The notes beneath the pieces are model-generated. The model was not told the origin of the DNA. It did no database searches and saw only the letters and a program-made list of their open reading frames with translations. The position numbers and the translations under genes are program-made. A stretch of 64,000 bases of DNA from Octopus bimaculoides (lineage: Eukaryota). Shown here in pieces: positions 1 through 12,440 of this stretch. The DNA is taken from positions 7,279,641 through 7,343,640 of the forward strand of contig NC_068985.1 in the NCBI RefSeq assembly GCF_001194135.2, in the 5' to 3' direction. Numbering within the stretch: the first letter of the stretch is position 1; each line of letters opens with the position of its first letter.

Positions 1-85
1 TCTCAATTCCGCTGTGGTCGATAAAATAAGTGCCATTTTGAGCGATGGAGTCGATGTAAGTCTCTACCCCGCAATTGCTGCCTCT
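1..85 (+). mobile_element. Degraded SINE1 fragment (central domain to tail A), cut by the window edge
   Basis: tcaattccgc..ggtcgataaaataagtgcca..ggagtcgatgtaa aligns by eye to the intact SINE1 copies at 16316 and 46469. Confidence 0.5.
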
Positions 86-633
86 TAAGCTAAGATTTGA
101 AAGCAATATTATAGCAGTTCCATATTGATTTAAAATGGATGGTTGCATTTTGTGGGAGATTGGCTGATATTTTTTTGAAGGACAAGAGAACATATAGATC
201 CCTCCCACACCTTATTAATACATGTTGTCTTTTCGGATTTAATAATTGGAAGCTTTGAAATCGCTTCGAGACACATGTAAAGTCCACGTCTCACATTTCA
301 TGGTAAGATTGTACAGCATCAATACCAGAATTATACTTCCTTATATCTATATATCAGAGAGATTGAAGAATCGGTAGAGCAAATCATATGACAGATGAAT
401 GCAAACATCAATACAACGTTGGAAATAAATGCCAACACTCTGAATTTGGCTTCCTTCTGATGTATTAAACAGAAATTAAATTCATGATTCAATTTCTCAT
501 GATGAAGCTTCTATTTTTATTAATGAGATTTCTAACTTTAATGCTTGTTGGTGTTGTTAGGCACTTCATTGGATTATAGAAAGCATTGTCATTGCATAGT
601 AACAACTCAATAACTCAATCCTGAAAAAGAAGA

Positions 634-860
634 CAATAATCCATCGCCATATCGCGGTTCGCCTACTGCGGTTTATTATTTAATCTTACGTCGATTCCGC
701 TGTGGTGTTGTTTTGCATTTATAATAAAATAAATACATATAAATTATAAAAATAATAAAAAATAAAAAATATATAGTACAGTACTGTTTCAACTTCGCGG
801 ATTTTCATCTATCGCGGAGGATTTTGGAACGTAACACCCGCGATAGTCGAGATATTACTG
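634..860. mobile_element. Tigger/pogo-like non-autonomous element (MITE), about 227 bp
   Basis: Imperfect TIRs: caataatccatcgccatatcgcgg (634) versus the reverse complement of the right end, cagtaatatctcgactatcgcgg (860). TA follows at 861-862. Recurrent tcgcgg subterminal motifs as in Tigger-type MITEs. Confidence 0.6.
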
Positions 861-940
861 TAATTTATATACTCATGTAAGTCCTCTTGTGTGTGCGCGT
901 GTGTGGTTCTCTGTGCGACTGCGTGTCTCTTTCTGTGCGC

Positions 941-941
<1 letters not shown>

Positions 942-1029
<88 letters not shown>
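942..1029. repeat. (TG)n microsatellite
   Basis: Pure TG dinucleotide run. Confidence 0.98.
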
Positions 1030-1034
<5 letters not shown>

Positions 1035-1429
1035 GTGTGCGCGCGTGTGTGCGCGCGTGCGTGTATGTCTGCGTATATGTGTGGATGTGTGTGTGGCCTT
1101 ATCGTATCTTCAAAACTAGACATCTTTTCAATGACAGCAGCAACTTTTCGGAGATTCTGTTTCTATAATCGAAGTATTAGTCTTCAGTTTTCTACCCAGA
1201 TTGTTTAGCGATGGAATCAAAACTTTTAGAAGAAACTTTACCGACTCAAACGACGATAAATAAATAAATAAATAATGGTCTAACGATTTTGTAAACAACT
1301 TATCTTTAAAAGATATGCAATTTTATCAGAATATTTTATCTATATCTTTATCTCAGTTATTCTTTTTAAAAGAATCTTTAGGCAGCCAAACAGATGTGCA
1401 GATAAGTGGAGGGGACCTATATACAGGTG

Positions 1430-1830
1430 TACATATATCTTATATGCGTACACATTTCGACATATATATATTTATATACATATATATGTATGTGTGTATA
1501 TACATAAATGTATTTATATATACATGCGTATATATATACATATTTATATATATATATATATATACATGTTTATATATATATATATTTATATATATACATA
1601 TATACTTATATATACATACATATATACATATATACATATATATACATATATACATATATACATATGTGTGTATACGTGTATATATATACGTATATATATA
1701 TACGTGTATATATATATATATATAAACACNNNNNNNNNNNNNNNNNNNNNNNNNNNNNNNNNNNNNNNNNNNNNNNNNNNNNNNNNNNNNNNNNNNNNNN
1801 NNNNNNNNNNNNNNNNNNNNNNNNNNNNNN

Positions 1831-1871
<41 letters not shown>

Positions 1872-1875
1872 CAGA
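1430..1875. repeat. (TA)n/(TACA)n low-complexity tract containing an N-gap at 1730-1830
   Basis: Directly visible; source of the poly-YI ORFs. Confidence 0.95.
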
Positions 1876-3054
1876 CACACAAGAACACACAACACTTTTA
1901 TAGAGAGAGAGTGAGAGATGGCGTCAAAACTTCAATTCATCTTTGTTATACGTATGTTTTCGGGTATCACAGAAAACAATGCCTACTTAGCTTGTCTTTG
2001 TTGTTTCCTCTCTTGCGTTTCTGAATTATATTAACCGTTTACTGTCAGATATGATATATCAAACACAGCTCTTACGTTCAATATCCAAATCCGTGATCAT
2101 CTTATCCCTTCATGGTTCTTAATCCACCGTTTATGATAAAACTGTTATGCAAAACAAAGAAAAAGATTAAGATTATATTTTTGTGTGCATTTATTCTATA
2201 TATTTGCGTCTGCGTGCAAATCAGATTCTTTGCTGTCAGTATACAATATTTTACAGACTATATAAAACTTTGCGTAGTTATCTGATTTCGTTCCTTCGGA
2301 TAAAGTTATAGCTGATCATAAAATGACAATGACCAGAGCTATAAAAATGTTATTTTGCGTACAGCGATCCAAGCGAAAGTTAAGAATGCTTCAAATGATG
2401 TAAGGAATTGTATAAATACTTTGGTCTGGTATAAATCTTTTACATTTATGATAACCATGCGGTGCCATATCGAATTTGGGTGTCTTATTGATAGGGTTTT
2501 TTCCATTATTTATTTCATTTGTATTGTTCCATTCAGACCTACTATGTATATTGTAAATTGTTAAACCATATGTGTATTTTTGTGTGGGTGCGCGGGCGTG
2601 AATGTGTGCGTGCGCGTGTGCGTGGATGCCTGTTTGTGTGAGTGTGCGTGTCTGTGTGTCTGTCTATCTGTGTAATGAACAAATAGAGGGAGTGCGTAAA
2701 ACGTCAGCTCCGCAAGCACGATGTGGATTAGAGCAATATCAGTTCAGATCGTCTCGATTCCGCTGAAAAGTTTTAAGTGAATTTGTACAAGACTTTTCTA
2801 TAAAATTACATAGAAGGGTGTCGGAGAGTATACACTTGTAAGGCAAATGTCAGAATAACAATATATATACATATATAAATACAATATGTGTGTATGTATA
2901 TATATACATATACATATTTTACTCACAAGGTATTGAATTCTTATATGTATACCATTCTGCCTAAACAATGGATGTACAAATACAATATCCCTATATTCAT
3001 TCTCTATTTCCTATCTTATGTGAACTAACTATTGCTTAACCATCCGCTCACACT

Positions 3055-3102
3055 GTCTCCGATGAAGGGATATAATAAATATCCTGGAAACAGCTGTAGG
3101 AC
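3055..3102 (+). ncRNA. Minimal type I hammerhead ribozyme motif with a core mutation (CCGAUGA), probably a Penelope-like pseudo-LTR remnant
   Basis: gtct-CCGATGA-ag-GGATAT-aataa-ATATCC-tg-GAAA-C-AGCT-G-TA-ggac. Stem I GUCU/GGAC, stem II GGAUAU/AUAUCC, stem III C-G closed by the palindromic loop AGCU, NUH site GUA. Confidence 0.6.
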
Positions 3103-3187
3103 CTTCTATTTATAATTGTTCTATATTATACACAGCCTTTGTTTTTTTTTATCTCATTACGAAAAGTAAATCTTTATATATACATGC

Positions 3188-3194
<7 letters not shown>

Positions 3195-3266
<72 letters not shown>

Positions 3267-3330
3267 CAAGAAGAAGAAGAAGAAGAAGAAGAAGAAGAAG
3301 AAGAAGAAGAAGAAGAAGAAGAAGAAGAAG
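3195..3330. repeat. Compound microsatellite (TA)n-(GA)n-(AAG)n
   Basis: Directly visible. Confidence 0.97.
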
Positions 3331-3601
3331 ACAAAAATGCGGGAGTGGTATGATAGTATATGCGTAGGTGTTATTCTAAACAGCAGTAGTATATATGCAT
3401 ACTGACTTTTAGATTTCGACTCGGAGTATGAATATCCAGCCTTTCTATTCAGTCGCCAACGTGGATGGCAAAATGTCGAAAGCGAAATCAATGTTCTGTA
3501 CTAGATTATTATAGTTTCGTCTATTGTGAGTTTCACAACTTCAAATAATCTACTTTATACGTCTTGACGTTTCTAAACTTTTATTACACATACATACTTA
3601 C

Positions 3602-3648
<47 letters not shown>

Positions 3649-3692
3649 CAATTGAAATACATTCATAAATACATACATACAAACATATATGC

Positions 3693-3733
<41 letters not shown>

Positions 3734-4029
3734 GCAATAAAATTTGAAGACATGGAAAAATTGGTAATAGACATCGTGAAGTCACTAATAAATGATTTTC
3801 TCTAAAAGAAATAGATTTATAAGTACCTAAAAATCACGATGAACTGTTCATACAGGAATAGTTAATAACTAAAATACAGTAAAATATATAAGATATGTTG
3901 AAATAAAAGAAATATTTCCACACGATATTTTAAATTGGAGGTTATGATAGAAAATCATAACCGTGGCCATATGTTAATATTTATGTATAAACCCATACAC
4001 ACGCACACAGCACACACAGGCACACAACA

Positions 4030-4046
4030 CCGACAACCACACACAC

Positions 4047-4087
<41 letters not shown>

Positions 4088-4540
4088 TATTCTCACACAT
4101 TAACATGTTTACGTGTATGTATGTATGTATGTATGTATGTATGTGTACATACATAAGTTTATACACATGTATGTATGTATATATATATAGNNNNNNNNNN
4201 NNNNNNNNNNNNNNNNNNNNNNNNNNNNNNNNNNNNNNNNNNNNNNNNNNNNNNNNNNNNNNNNNNNNNNNNNNNNNNNNNNNNNNNNNNNNNNNNNNNN
4301 NNNNNNNNNNNNNNNTATATATATATATATATATATATATGAACGTATGTATATGTATATATATGTATTTGTGTGTGTAGATATACATATGCACATATAA
4401 TACATATATATATATACATACATACATATATACATATATATACATAATATATATGCATATATATATACACATATACTTAAATACATAGTGTGTAATTATA
4501 AATGAGATATAAACACACGTATACACACACACACAAACAT
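4030..4540. repeat. (TA)n/(TATG)n low-complexity tract containing an N-gap at 4191-4315
   Basis: Directly visible. Confidence 0.93.
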
Positions 4541-4737
4541 ATAAGTACGTGTATGTCTCTGAGTGTATGTGTGAGTGTCTGTATGTTTGTATTAGACTTG
4601 TGACGTCATTGAGATGTTGAGTCGTTGTTTTTACACCCTAGATAAATATCGTGTAAAATTTATATGAAGTCGTGAGTAGACATAAACACCATTCCCCTCT
4701 TCCTAACCCTGACTCAGCGGCTAGATAGATTAGATTA

Positions 4738-4738
4738 T

Positions 4739-4795
<57 letters not shown>
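4738..4795. repeat. (AGAT)n microsatellite
   Basis: Directly visible. Confidence 0.97.
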
Positions 4796-4796
<1 letters not shown>

Positions 4797-5139
4797 TAGA
4801 AAAAGAAGAAATATGAATAATACTGATATCAGAGGAGACATCGGTTTCGATTTCTTATACTATTTACTCTAAATCTTGGCGTTACTAAGCCACTACAAGT
4901 TGCCAAACGTCGTAGCGTTCCCATTAGAACGGTCTGAGTATAATTTACAAGAGAAAACATGAAACCATCAAACTGACTCCTCGTTAGCAAGAATAATAAA
5001 CGATATGATGCGCAATGCATACATATACACCCACATATATATACATACATACATATATATATATATATATGTATACACATATATACATACATGTGTCTGT
5101 GTGTATACTTATATATTTATGTATATATATATAGATATA

Positions 5140-5171
<32 letters not shown>

Positions 5172-5184
5172 CAATCACATACAC

Positions 5185-5225
<41 letters not shown>

Positions 5226-7770
5226 TATAATTTTTTTTATGGAATTTATCTGTGAAAGATCATTGTAATGCGTGTTATGAAAGACACGAAATGTCAATAA
5301 CTTACCGGCGTGTATATTTTATACTGTGTATGCGAACATGGAGCGGTATTAGGTGTAATATTTTGTATATTAATCAATAACTTGATTTGTGCATACATTG
5401 CAACTTTTGTGTATGCTTCTCTGCACGTATGTGTATGTATGTGTGTGTGTGTTCTAATGTTTATGAATATTTATGCATAGATTTCCAGGTGTATAGTTAC
5501 TGAAACATGAAATACTTTACGTGGAACAGGAGAGCGTAGAAATCCATTAAATACGTTGTAGGATAGACCTGGGGATAAAGGTCAACAACAAGAAATACAA
5601 CAACGTGAAAGATGTCTGACTAGTAGCGAAAAACTACTAGTTATAGAATGTAAAGTGAATCGTATATTCGTCAGTGTATTTTCCAAGCTATCAATATCAG
5701 CTTGTGTCCAAAACCTGAGAAATATCAAAATCTCTTCGGTCTAGCCAAATATTTTAATACGATATCCGTCAAAATAATAACTACGTCATGTTTAAATATT
5801 TCTGAAAATATATAATGTTTTGCTGTCTGGAAATGCTGAGACAGCTATTAACTTTCGAAACACAATACCACTTTTCAACTCTTAGAAATCGTAAAAATCT
5901 TTTTGCCTTTAACCAAAGAAGAATTATTGTTCGTAAAAACAAGTCGAATAATGTTCCTTCTTAAGAACTTCCTTCATTATTCTATAAAATATTTTATTCG
6001 TATGACAAAACATGATTTTATTTTTCCTATATCTTGGTAGAAAAAAATCAAAGACAAATATGATTTACTCCTGTTGTTTCGATGTTATATGGTGCGTTGA
6101 ACTATATTAGATTTGCTATTATTTTACTTCGACCTAAGTTTGTTACTATTCCACACACTAGTAATCATGTGAGTTACCAATAGTTTACCACGATGATAAT
6201 CTTATGATTTCAAATAGAGCGGGATGAACGTGTACACAGCTCTGCAGCAAACATTCATAACAGCTTTCGACACACTCCATCCCGTGAGTGTTGTAGTTTA
6301 TCTCTTTGTCATTGTAATGTAGAGGAGGCAATCCCATTTGGGAAATCACTGTGTAAGGTAAGAGGTAAGGCAATAAGAAAGGCGTTAGAATATTTGATCT
6401 TTTGATAGAAAACGAAAACAAAAAGGAAAATAGTCTTGTCTTGCTGAAGTATCAAAATATTGGTGATGAGAGCATAGAGTCTTGCTATGAAAGGGGGTGA
6501 AAGGAAAATAAAATAAGGTCTTAAGAATAAATAAGTAAATTCTTTTAATTCTTTTACTCGTTTCCAATATTTTGGACTACGGCCATGCTAGAGCAGGAAA
6601 GGAAGATGGCTGATCCCTTAAAACGTGTTGCAGGGACCCACATTGTGTGGACTCTCCCTGATTCCCCGTGAATTAATCTGTTAGTCAAAGGATTAAATAG
6701 ATCTTTTGTTTCAAGGTCCAATTTGGGAGAGCAGAAGAGTAGCAAACCTAAAGGAGAAATGTATAATTACGCCATAGGGTAACGAAAACCGCCATTGTGT
6801 TTTTATCAGGGGACTTTGTTTCTTCAGAATTTACAAGAGGGTATTTTTGCCCAATATCGCCGACTACTACAAGTATGTCGCATGAAAAGATGAAGAGAAA
6901 AAAAATGATTGCATGTCAGTCCTGAAGAAAACAACATTTATGAATCGTTCAAAGCACAGCAACATAGCTAACGATTCTTCGTCATTCCAATTTCAAAGAA
7001 AAATACTCTGCTGTCACACATTCGAATTTCATCTACTGAATTTCAGAAACAAATCATCCACCGGATAAAATGATGAAAGTCACCTGACATCATTTACCAT
7101 GTGATCGATTTATGAGATCGGACGGCGTTCAGTATTGACAGCAGTTGTCCATTATTCCTTTTAACCTATCGCCCTGTGCACAGTTGGAAAACGATGATCT
7201 AACACGTAAACTTTATGTCTGGTGTTCTAAAATAGGTTGGCATATATACACAGAATTTCTTCTAAAAACTGGTAATGGAAGCGTCTTTTGGGAATTTTGT
7301 CATTGTTTTCCAAAAATAAAATCAATTTATACATACATGTGCGTATGTGTGTATGTGTTTGTGCATGTGTATGCATACACACACAAATATATAGATACGG
7401 AGGGAATGGGTGATATTTAATATACATTCATGTATGTGTTGGGGAGTATGTGGGAGGGGAGGGGGTAGAATCTATGCTTTTTAAGGGTTAAAACTTAATT
7501 CAAAACCCATTTATTTGTTGACATTTCATTTTATCTTAGAGCATTGTATTTGCGTGACAATTATATTGATTCTAATGGAAATAAAATTCACTCACTCAAT
7601 ACGACCAAAGAAATTTCATCCACTAAAAATTCATAGCCGTAAATGCTACAACATTTTATCGTGCTAACATTTCAACGACCACTACTACCACTACTCCCAC
7701 CACCAAAACCACTGCCACCACCACCAAAACCACCAAATGTGTATGTACCACCAAACGTGTATGTGCATCT

Positions 7771-7816
<46 letters not shown>

Positions 7817-7960
7817 TCTCCCGTAGTGACTTAATTACTGTCCTTTGCACAGTGTTTCATCTTCAGGGTAAGGACCAGTCATAACAACATAGGAAAATAT
7901 GAAACTGAACGGTGGTGGTGGTGGTGGTGGTGGGAGTGGCTTTGGTGGTGGCAGTTTGTA

Positions 7961-8515
7961 CTAAAACAGCCATACTCCCTTCCTTCAGGGGAACTGCTCA
8001 CGGTATCCAATAATATCAGAGATCTGGGTGTAATTGTTGGCAACAATCTCGATTGGAGTGCCCACATCAACAATAAGGTCAATATAGCTCGTAGGATGAG
8101 CTCCTGGATCTTAAGAACCTTCCAGTCCAGAGAACAAGGTGTCATCATTCCACTTTTCTCCTCCTTTGTATGGCCACACCTCGAATACTGCTGCCCCTTG
8201 TGGTCTCTCCATACAAAACAAAACATCTCGAGGATTGAATCACCCCAGAGGGCACTCACCAAACGAATTGAAGGCATGACTGATCTTGATTACTGGGACT
8301 GCCTTAAAGCCTTGAAGCTCTACTCTCTCCAGCGCCACCGCGAGCGGTACATCATTTGCCTGATGTGGAGAATATACTGCCAGCATTGCCCAAACGACCT
8401 GAACATTAGTTTCAAGGTTCATCCAAGGCTGGGACCACGGACCATACGTCCCCTGCCCAATTCAGAATCACAACATATAAGTACACTGCGACACAATTTC
8501 TTTTCCTCAACTCAC
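7961..8515 (+). mobile_element. CR1-clade LINE fragment: 3' part of ORF2 (end of the reverse transcriptase and C-terminal region)
   Basis: Open frame reads KQPYSLPSGELLTVSNNIRDLGVIVGNNLDWSAHINNKVNIARRMSSWILRTFQSREQGVIIPLFSSFVWPHLEYCCPLWS..RIESPQRALTKRIEGMTDLDYWDCLKALKLYSLQRHRERY. These are the RDLGV, PHLEYC..W and L..L.L.SL..RRER motifs of CR1 ORF2. Confidence 0.92.
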
Positions 8516-8844
8516 CCTCATTTTACCAGGTAGATCGGTACGTTAAAATAACCTTTTTAAGTAAAATTATACAAATATTCTATAATTATATATATGATTA
8601 TAATTAGGGTTCAGCTAATTGCTTCACCACGCACCGTATTTAGAATTTAGGAGTTAAGATTCTTTTTTCTGCTACCATAAAGATCTCCCAGACAGTAAAT
8701 ACACTCTTTTACGTAGGCAAAAAGAAAAAAATAACAAATTCACACGACTCAGATTAGTACATAGACGTTATTTCACCTCTTATTTCACCCCTTCAGTGCA
8801 GCATTTCAAATATAAATTTGAGAGTGCTAGTATTAAATATGTAC

Positions 8845-9340
8845 GCGATCGAGCGTTTTAAACCTTGATCCATGGCTCCTTTATCGGAAATTCAACAACA
8901 TCATCAGGGTATTTTTGCATATATGTATGTATGTATATATGCAGATTTGTATGTTTTGCTTTATGTATGCATTCTCATGCATATAGTCTAGACATTCTCA
9001 TATATATTCAAATAAACTTCTGCAAAGTTTAACAGATTTTTACAGTTTCACTGATGGATTGGATCTGTAGTCTTTGAATCAGCTTTCTCCTTTCTGGTTC
9101 TGTGGAGCCTAATTTCTCAAGATTAGTATTTATGCATATCCCAGTTACATATCCCAGTGCCCCAATAATTACAGGTATAAACCTGAACTTGTAATCTGGA
9201 TAGAGTAACTGTAAATTTCTCAATAGTTCAACGTAGGTATTTTCTTTTTCACTGAACTTTAGCGTTATGTATGTATGTATGTATGCGTGTACAAGCGTAT
9301 TTCCGCAATGTACAGCGAGATCTAGAATGGTTATTTTATT
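8845..9340 (-). mobile_element. R4/Dong-type non-LTR retrotransposon 3' fragment: end of the restriction-like endonuclease plus 3' UTR
   Basis: EKENTYVELLRNLQLLYPDYKFRFIPVIIGALG..NLEKLG..RRKLIQRLQIQSISETVKIC. The 3' UTR (catacaaatctgca..caaaaataccctg) matches the copy at 54988-55345. Confidence 0.85.
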
Positions 9341-9964
9341 AGCATATTTATTCTTAGCACGTCTAGGCAGATTCAGACACAAAATATACTGCTCGCTGCT
9401 GTCAGTCATTGGCGAATAGATTTTCCCATTTATGACAGTGTATTCAACGCACTCGGTTCAATGGCAAATGTCATTCTGGAACAGCGATCTTTTGACATTT
9501 TGCGTCGCGTTAGCTAGAAGCAACTTGAGAGCGGAGCCTAAACGAAGCCGTTGAACAAGCAAATCTTTGGCCCATGTCCCCTAACCAATAATATATTGCT
9601 ATGTGAACGGTAAACAACGGAAAATACTAAGATGACATTCATATTCATTCTGAATACTTTCTGGCTACTGGAACGTGAATTTACGATACACAGCAGTATT
9701 TTGCCTTTGAGGATAAATTTTTTTTCTAGACAAATGATGTGTTTTAGGAATAAACTCGATTCAATGAGATAGAGGGACCTCGAGACACCAGTGTTTGGAG
9801 TTTTTTGTATGTCTTTTCATTCAAAATTATCCTAAACCAATAAACCTTGCAATAGTTGTGGTTCTTGTGTATAACAGACATCTGTCTGAAATTAGTTGTT
9901 TTTCAACAATGAGACCTAACAGCGATTCACATTCGTATCTGTTGGAACATGTAAGGAACGAATA

Positions 9965-10156
9965 TATGCGATGGGTGCTGAAAATTTCCTGGCTTTAAGG
10001 ATCGGAGGCCCCACCTTCTGAGTTCATTAACAGGGCTTAGAAAAACTGAAGTGTGTGAATCTGAGAGGGGAATATGTCGAATAAAATCATTTTTAACTGA
10101 TCCTCCTATATTCTCCTTTACTGAAGGCCAGGAACTTTTCGGCCGCCCCTCGGATA
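9965..10156 (+). mobile_element. Internally deleted mariner (MITE-like)
   Basis: TIR pair tgcgatgggtgctgaaaatttcctggc and the reverse complement of gccaggaacttttcggccgcccctcg. The interior retains the mariner C-terminus GLEKL..KCVNLRGEYVE*. Confidence 0.8.
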
Positions 10157-10539
10157 TGTCATTTTGATTCTTAATGCTCACCGTGTTCATTACAATTTAT
10201 TATCAGTTGGCAGACATCAGCACACATCGACAAATAATGTTTCCTGTGTTCTAAAAACATGACCCATCTGGTGAGGTTTAATATGTTTACCTCAGCCGTT
10301 AAAAATTTCAGGCACGGTTCTAAATAGTTGGTACCGACATAACAATTTGATTGTTGCGTTGCAAAACACACTGATTTGTGCTACATCATAAGAAAACAAG
10401 TCTGATAATAGAGATTATGTCATCCTGAGAAAATTGTAAAATGCAGAAACTTCTTGAATAACGCATAGCAAGGTGATCTGACATCACTTGCACAATCCTT
10501 TTGCAACCTGTTTAGGTCAACAAACTATTCTATCTATGA

Positions 10540-11130
10540 CGTCATGGTGTAGGTGCACGAAAACAGTTCTGACTTAAGAAAGATTGCTGATGCTCATGCT
10601 GCCGGAGACAATATCTAAGAATTTCAATATGGCTACATCAACAATTCGCAAGATAACCGTGAGGCATCGAGATACCCGTTTGTGGAAGAACAAAAGTGGA
10701 TGCGGTAAAAGGAAGTTCTTTTCAGAACGAGTTGGACGGGTGTCGATGAAAATGGTCAACAATGATCATGTGATAACAGCTGCAACGATGAAATCCAATT
10801 TGACCTCTATCAGACTTCATGCTTCAAGGTCGACAATTACTTGAACTCACAATAAAAGTGACTAGGAAGCAGGCCGTGTGACTAGGAGGCGGGCCGTGTC
10901 CGGAACATGCCATTGTAGAAGAAGGGCTTAACTACGCGTTTGAAGTTTGCAAGAGTCTTGCTGAAGACGCCTGAACGCTTTTGGCTCTCCGTTGTGTGGT
11001 CTGACGATACAAAATCGCGAGTTACTCGGTCACATCGAGAGGACTAATGCTTAGTGTAAAAGAAGAAATGACTGCCAGCCTCAGCACCAAACACAGTGGA
11101 GGCAGCATAATGTTGTGGAGCTGCTTAGTT
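10540..11130 (+). mobile_element. Tc1-like transposase pseudogene fragment
   Basis: Frameshifted HTH region ISKNFNMATSTIRKITVRHRDTRLWKNKSGCGKRKFFSER, then GRVTRRR, ERFWLSVVWSDDTK (WSDETK-like first catalytic D) and TKHSGGSIMLWSC. Confidence 0.85.
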
Positions 11131-11230
11131 CGGAATAGCTTTCACTGAGGAGACATGCAACTAGGTTGAAACCCTCGTATCTCCAAGTCCACTTACCCCA
11201 ATGAACTATTGTGTAAGAAACTCATCATGA

Positions 11231-11469
11231 GGTGGTGAGCTGGCAGAAACATTAGCACACCGGGCGAAATGCTTAGCGGTATTTCGTCTGTCTTTACGTT
11301 CTGAGTTCAAATTCCGCCGAGGTCGACTTTGCCTTTCATCCTTTCGGGGGTCGATAAATTAAGTACCAGTTATGCACTGGGGTCGATGTAATTGACTTAA
11401 TTCCTTTGTCTGTCCTTGTTTGTCCCCTCTATGTTTAGCTCCTTGTGGGCAATAAAGAAATAAGAAACT
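11231..11469 (+). mobile_element. SINE1, tail B, full length with a 16-bp TSD
   Basis: tRNA-like head (gagctggcagaaac; B-box gagttcaaattcc), central gaggtcgactttgcctttcatcctttcggggtcgataaattaagtaccag, tail ending aataaagaaataagaaac. TSD taagaaactcatcatg at 11214-11229 and 11461-11476. Confidence 0.95.
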
Positions 11470-11994
11470 CATCATGTTCGTTAGAAATAAGTTGTTGTTT
11501 TCTCCAATAATGAAACAAAACACTGATTAACATATTTACATTCGAAACCCCTGAAGCATATTCAGAATGAATGTGTATGTCATGATGTCTTTGTAAACCT
11601 TACAAGATCATCGACTATGCACCTTCTTTGAAAGGGTGAATCAAATGTATTTCGATTATGGGAAACATTTTATTCCCAGTTAAACCATATTGTGGAAAGA
11701 CACTATGTTAAGGAGCCTATTGAAATTCTGAGAACTCCTCACCTGCGGGTGAAATTTCTCCTACGTTCCAATGTGAAAATGCTTCACAAGGATATCTGTA
11801 CAAATCCTTTCAGGAAAACTGTAATTAAATAGAATTTATTTAATTGCGTATTTGCCAAATTAAAACTCTATTATTTCTCTCATCGCACATCCACCCCCGC
11901 ATGTTAATATCCATTTGTAGTTCGCCCATAACACGAAAAACATTCAACAGGTTTCGCCTACGGTAAATGAAAAGCATGTTTTAAAGTGTGTTAT

Positions 11995-12440
11995 GCAGAA
12001 TATGATAGTAGTAGTAGTAGTAGTAGTGTTGGTGGTGTTGTTGTTGGTGGTGGTGGTGGTGGCGGTGGCGTTACTGGTTGTCTTAACTGGATATCCGTGA
12101 TGGTAGCAATAGGACCATTGGTGGTAGGGGAGGAGTGCAGCAGTGATGGTAGCGGTAATATCATTAGATGTTTCCGCTTGATGACGGCTAACATTGTTTG
12201 TCTTTTCATCGATGATGATGGCTTTCCTGTCGTCGTAATGCATAGCGATAATGTTGATTATGTTGATTTATGTTGATTTATGTAACGGTTGACAATTATA
12301 GATATAATGATCTGTGGAGACGTGATTGGTTGTGGTATAGATTGCAGTTCTGTCATTTCACTTGTAGCGGCTTTAGACTTGTGGCATAGATGTCTGTATA
12401 TTGTTAGTAATGGTCATTGTTAGGGATGGCTGTTGGCTTG
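11995..12440. repeat. Degenerate trinucleotide tract (AGT/GGT/GAT/GTT)
   Basis: Pure (AGT)n and (GGT)n cores decaying into a 3-periodic low-complexity sequence. Confidence 0.8.

Noticed and set aside
8096-8533. 145-aa ORF as a host gene or domesticated transposon
   Set aside because: It is a 5'-truncated CR1 ORF2 fragment lacking the RT catalytic core, with no splice or conservation evidence.
11231-11330. tRNA genes at SINE heads (A-box-like and GTTCAAAT B-box motifs)
   Set aside because: I could not build a cloverleaf or acceptor stem, and each head continues into a SINE body with a tail and TSD.
11800-11824. ..aaaactgTA as the right TIR of the Tc1 element at 10.5-11.1 kb
   Set aside because: No matching left TIR was found upstream, so the element boundary is not claimed.
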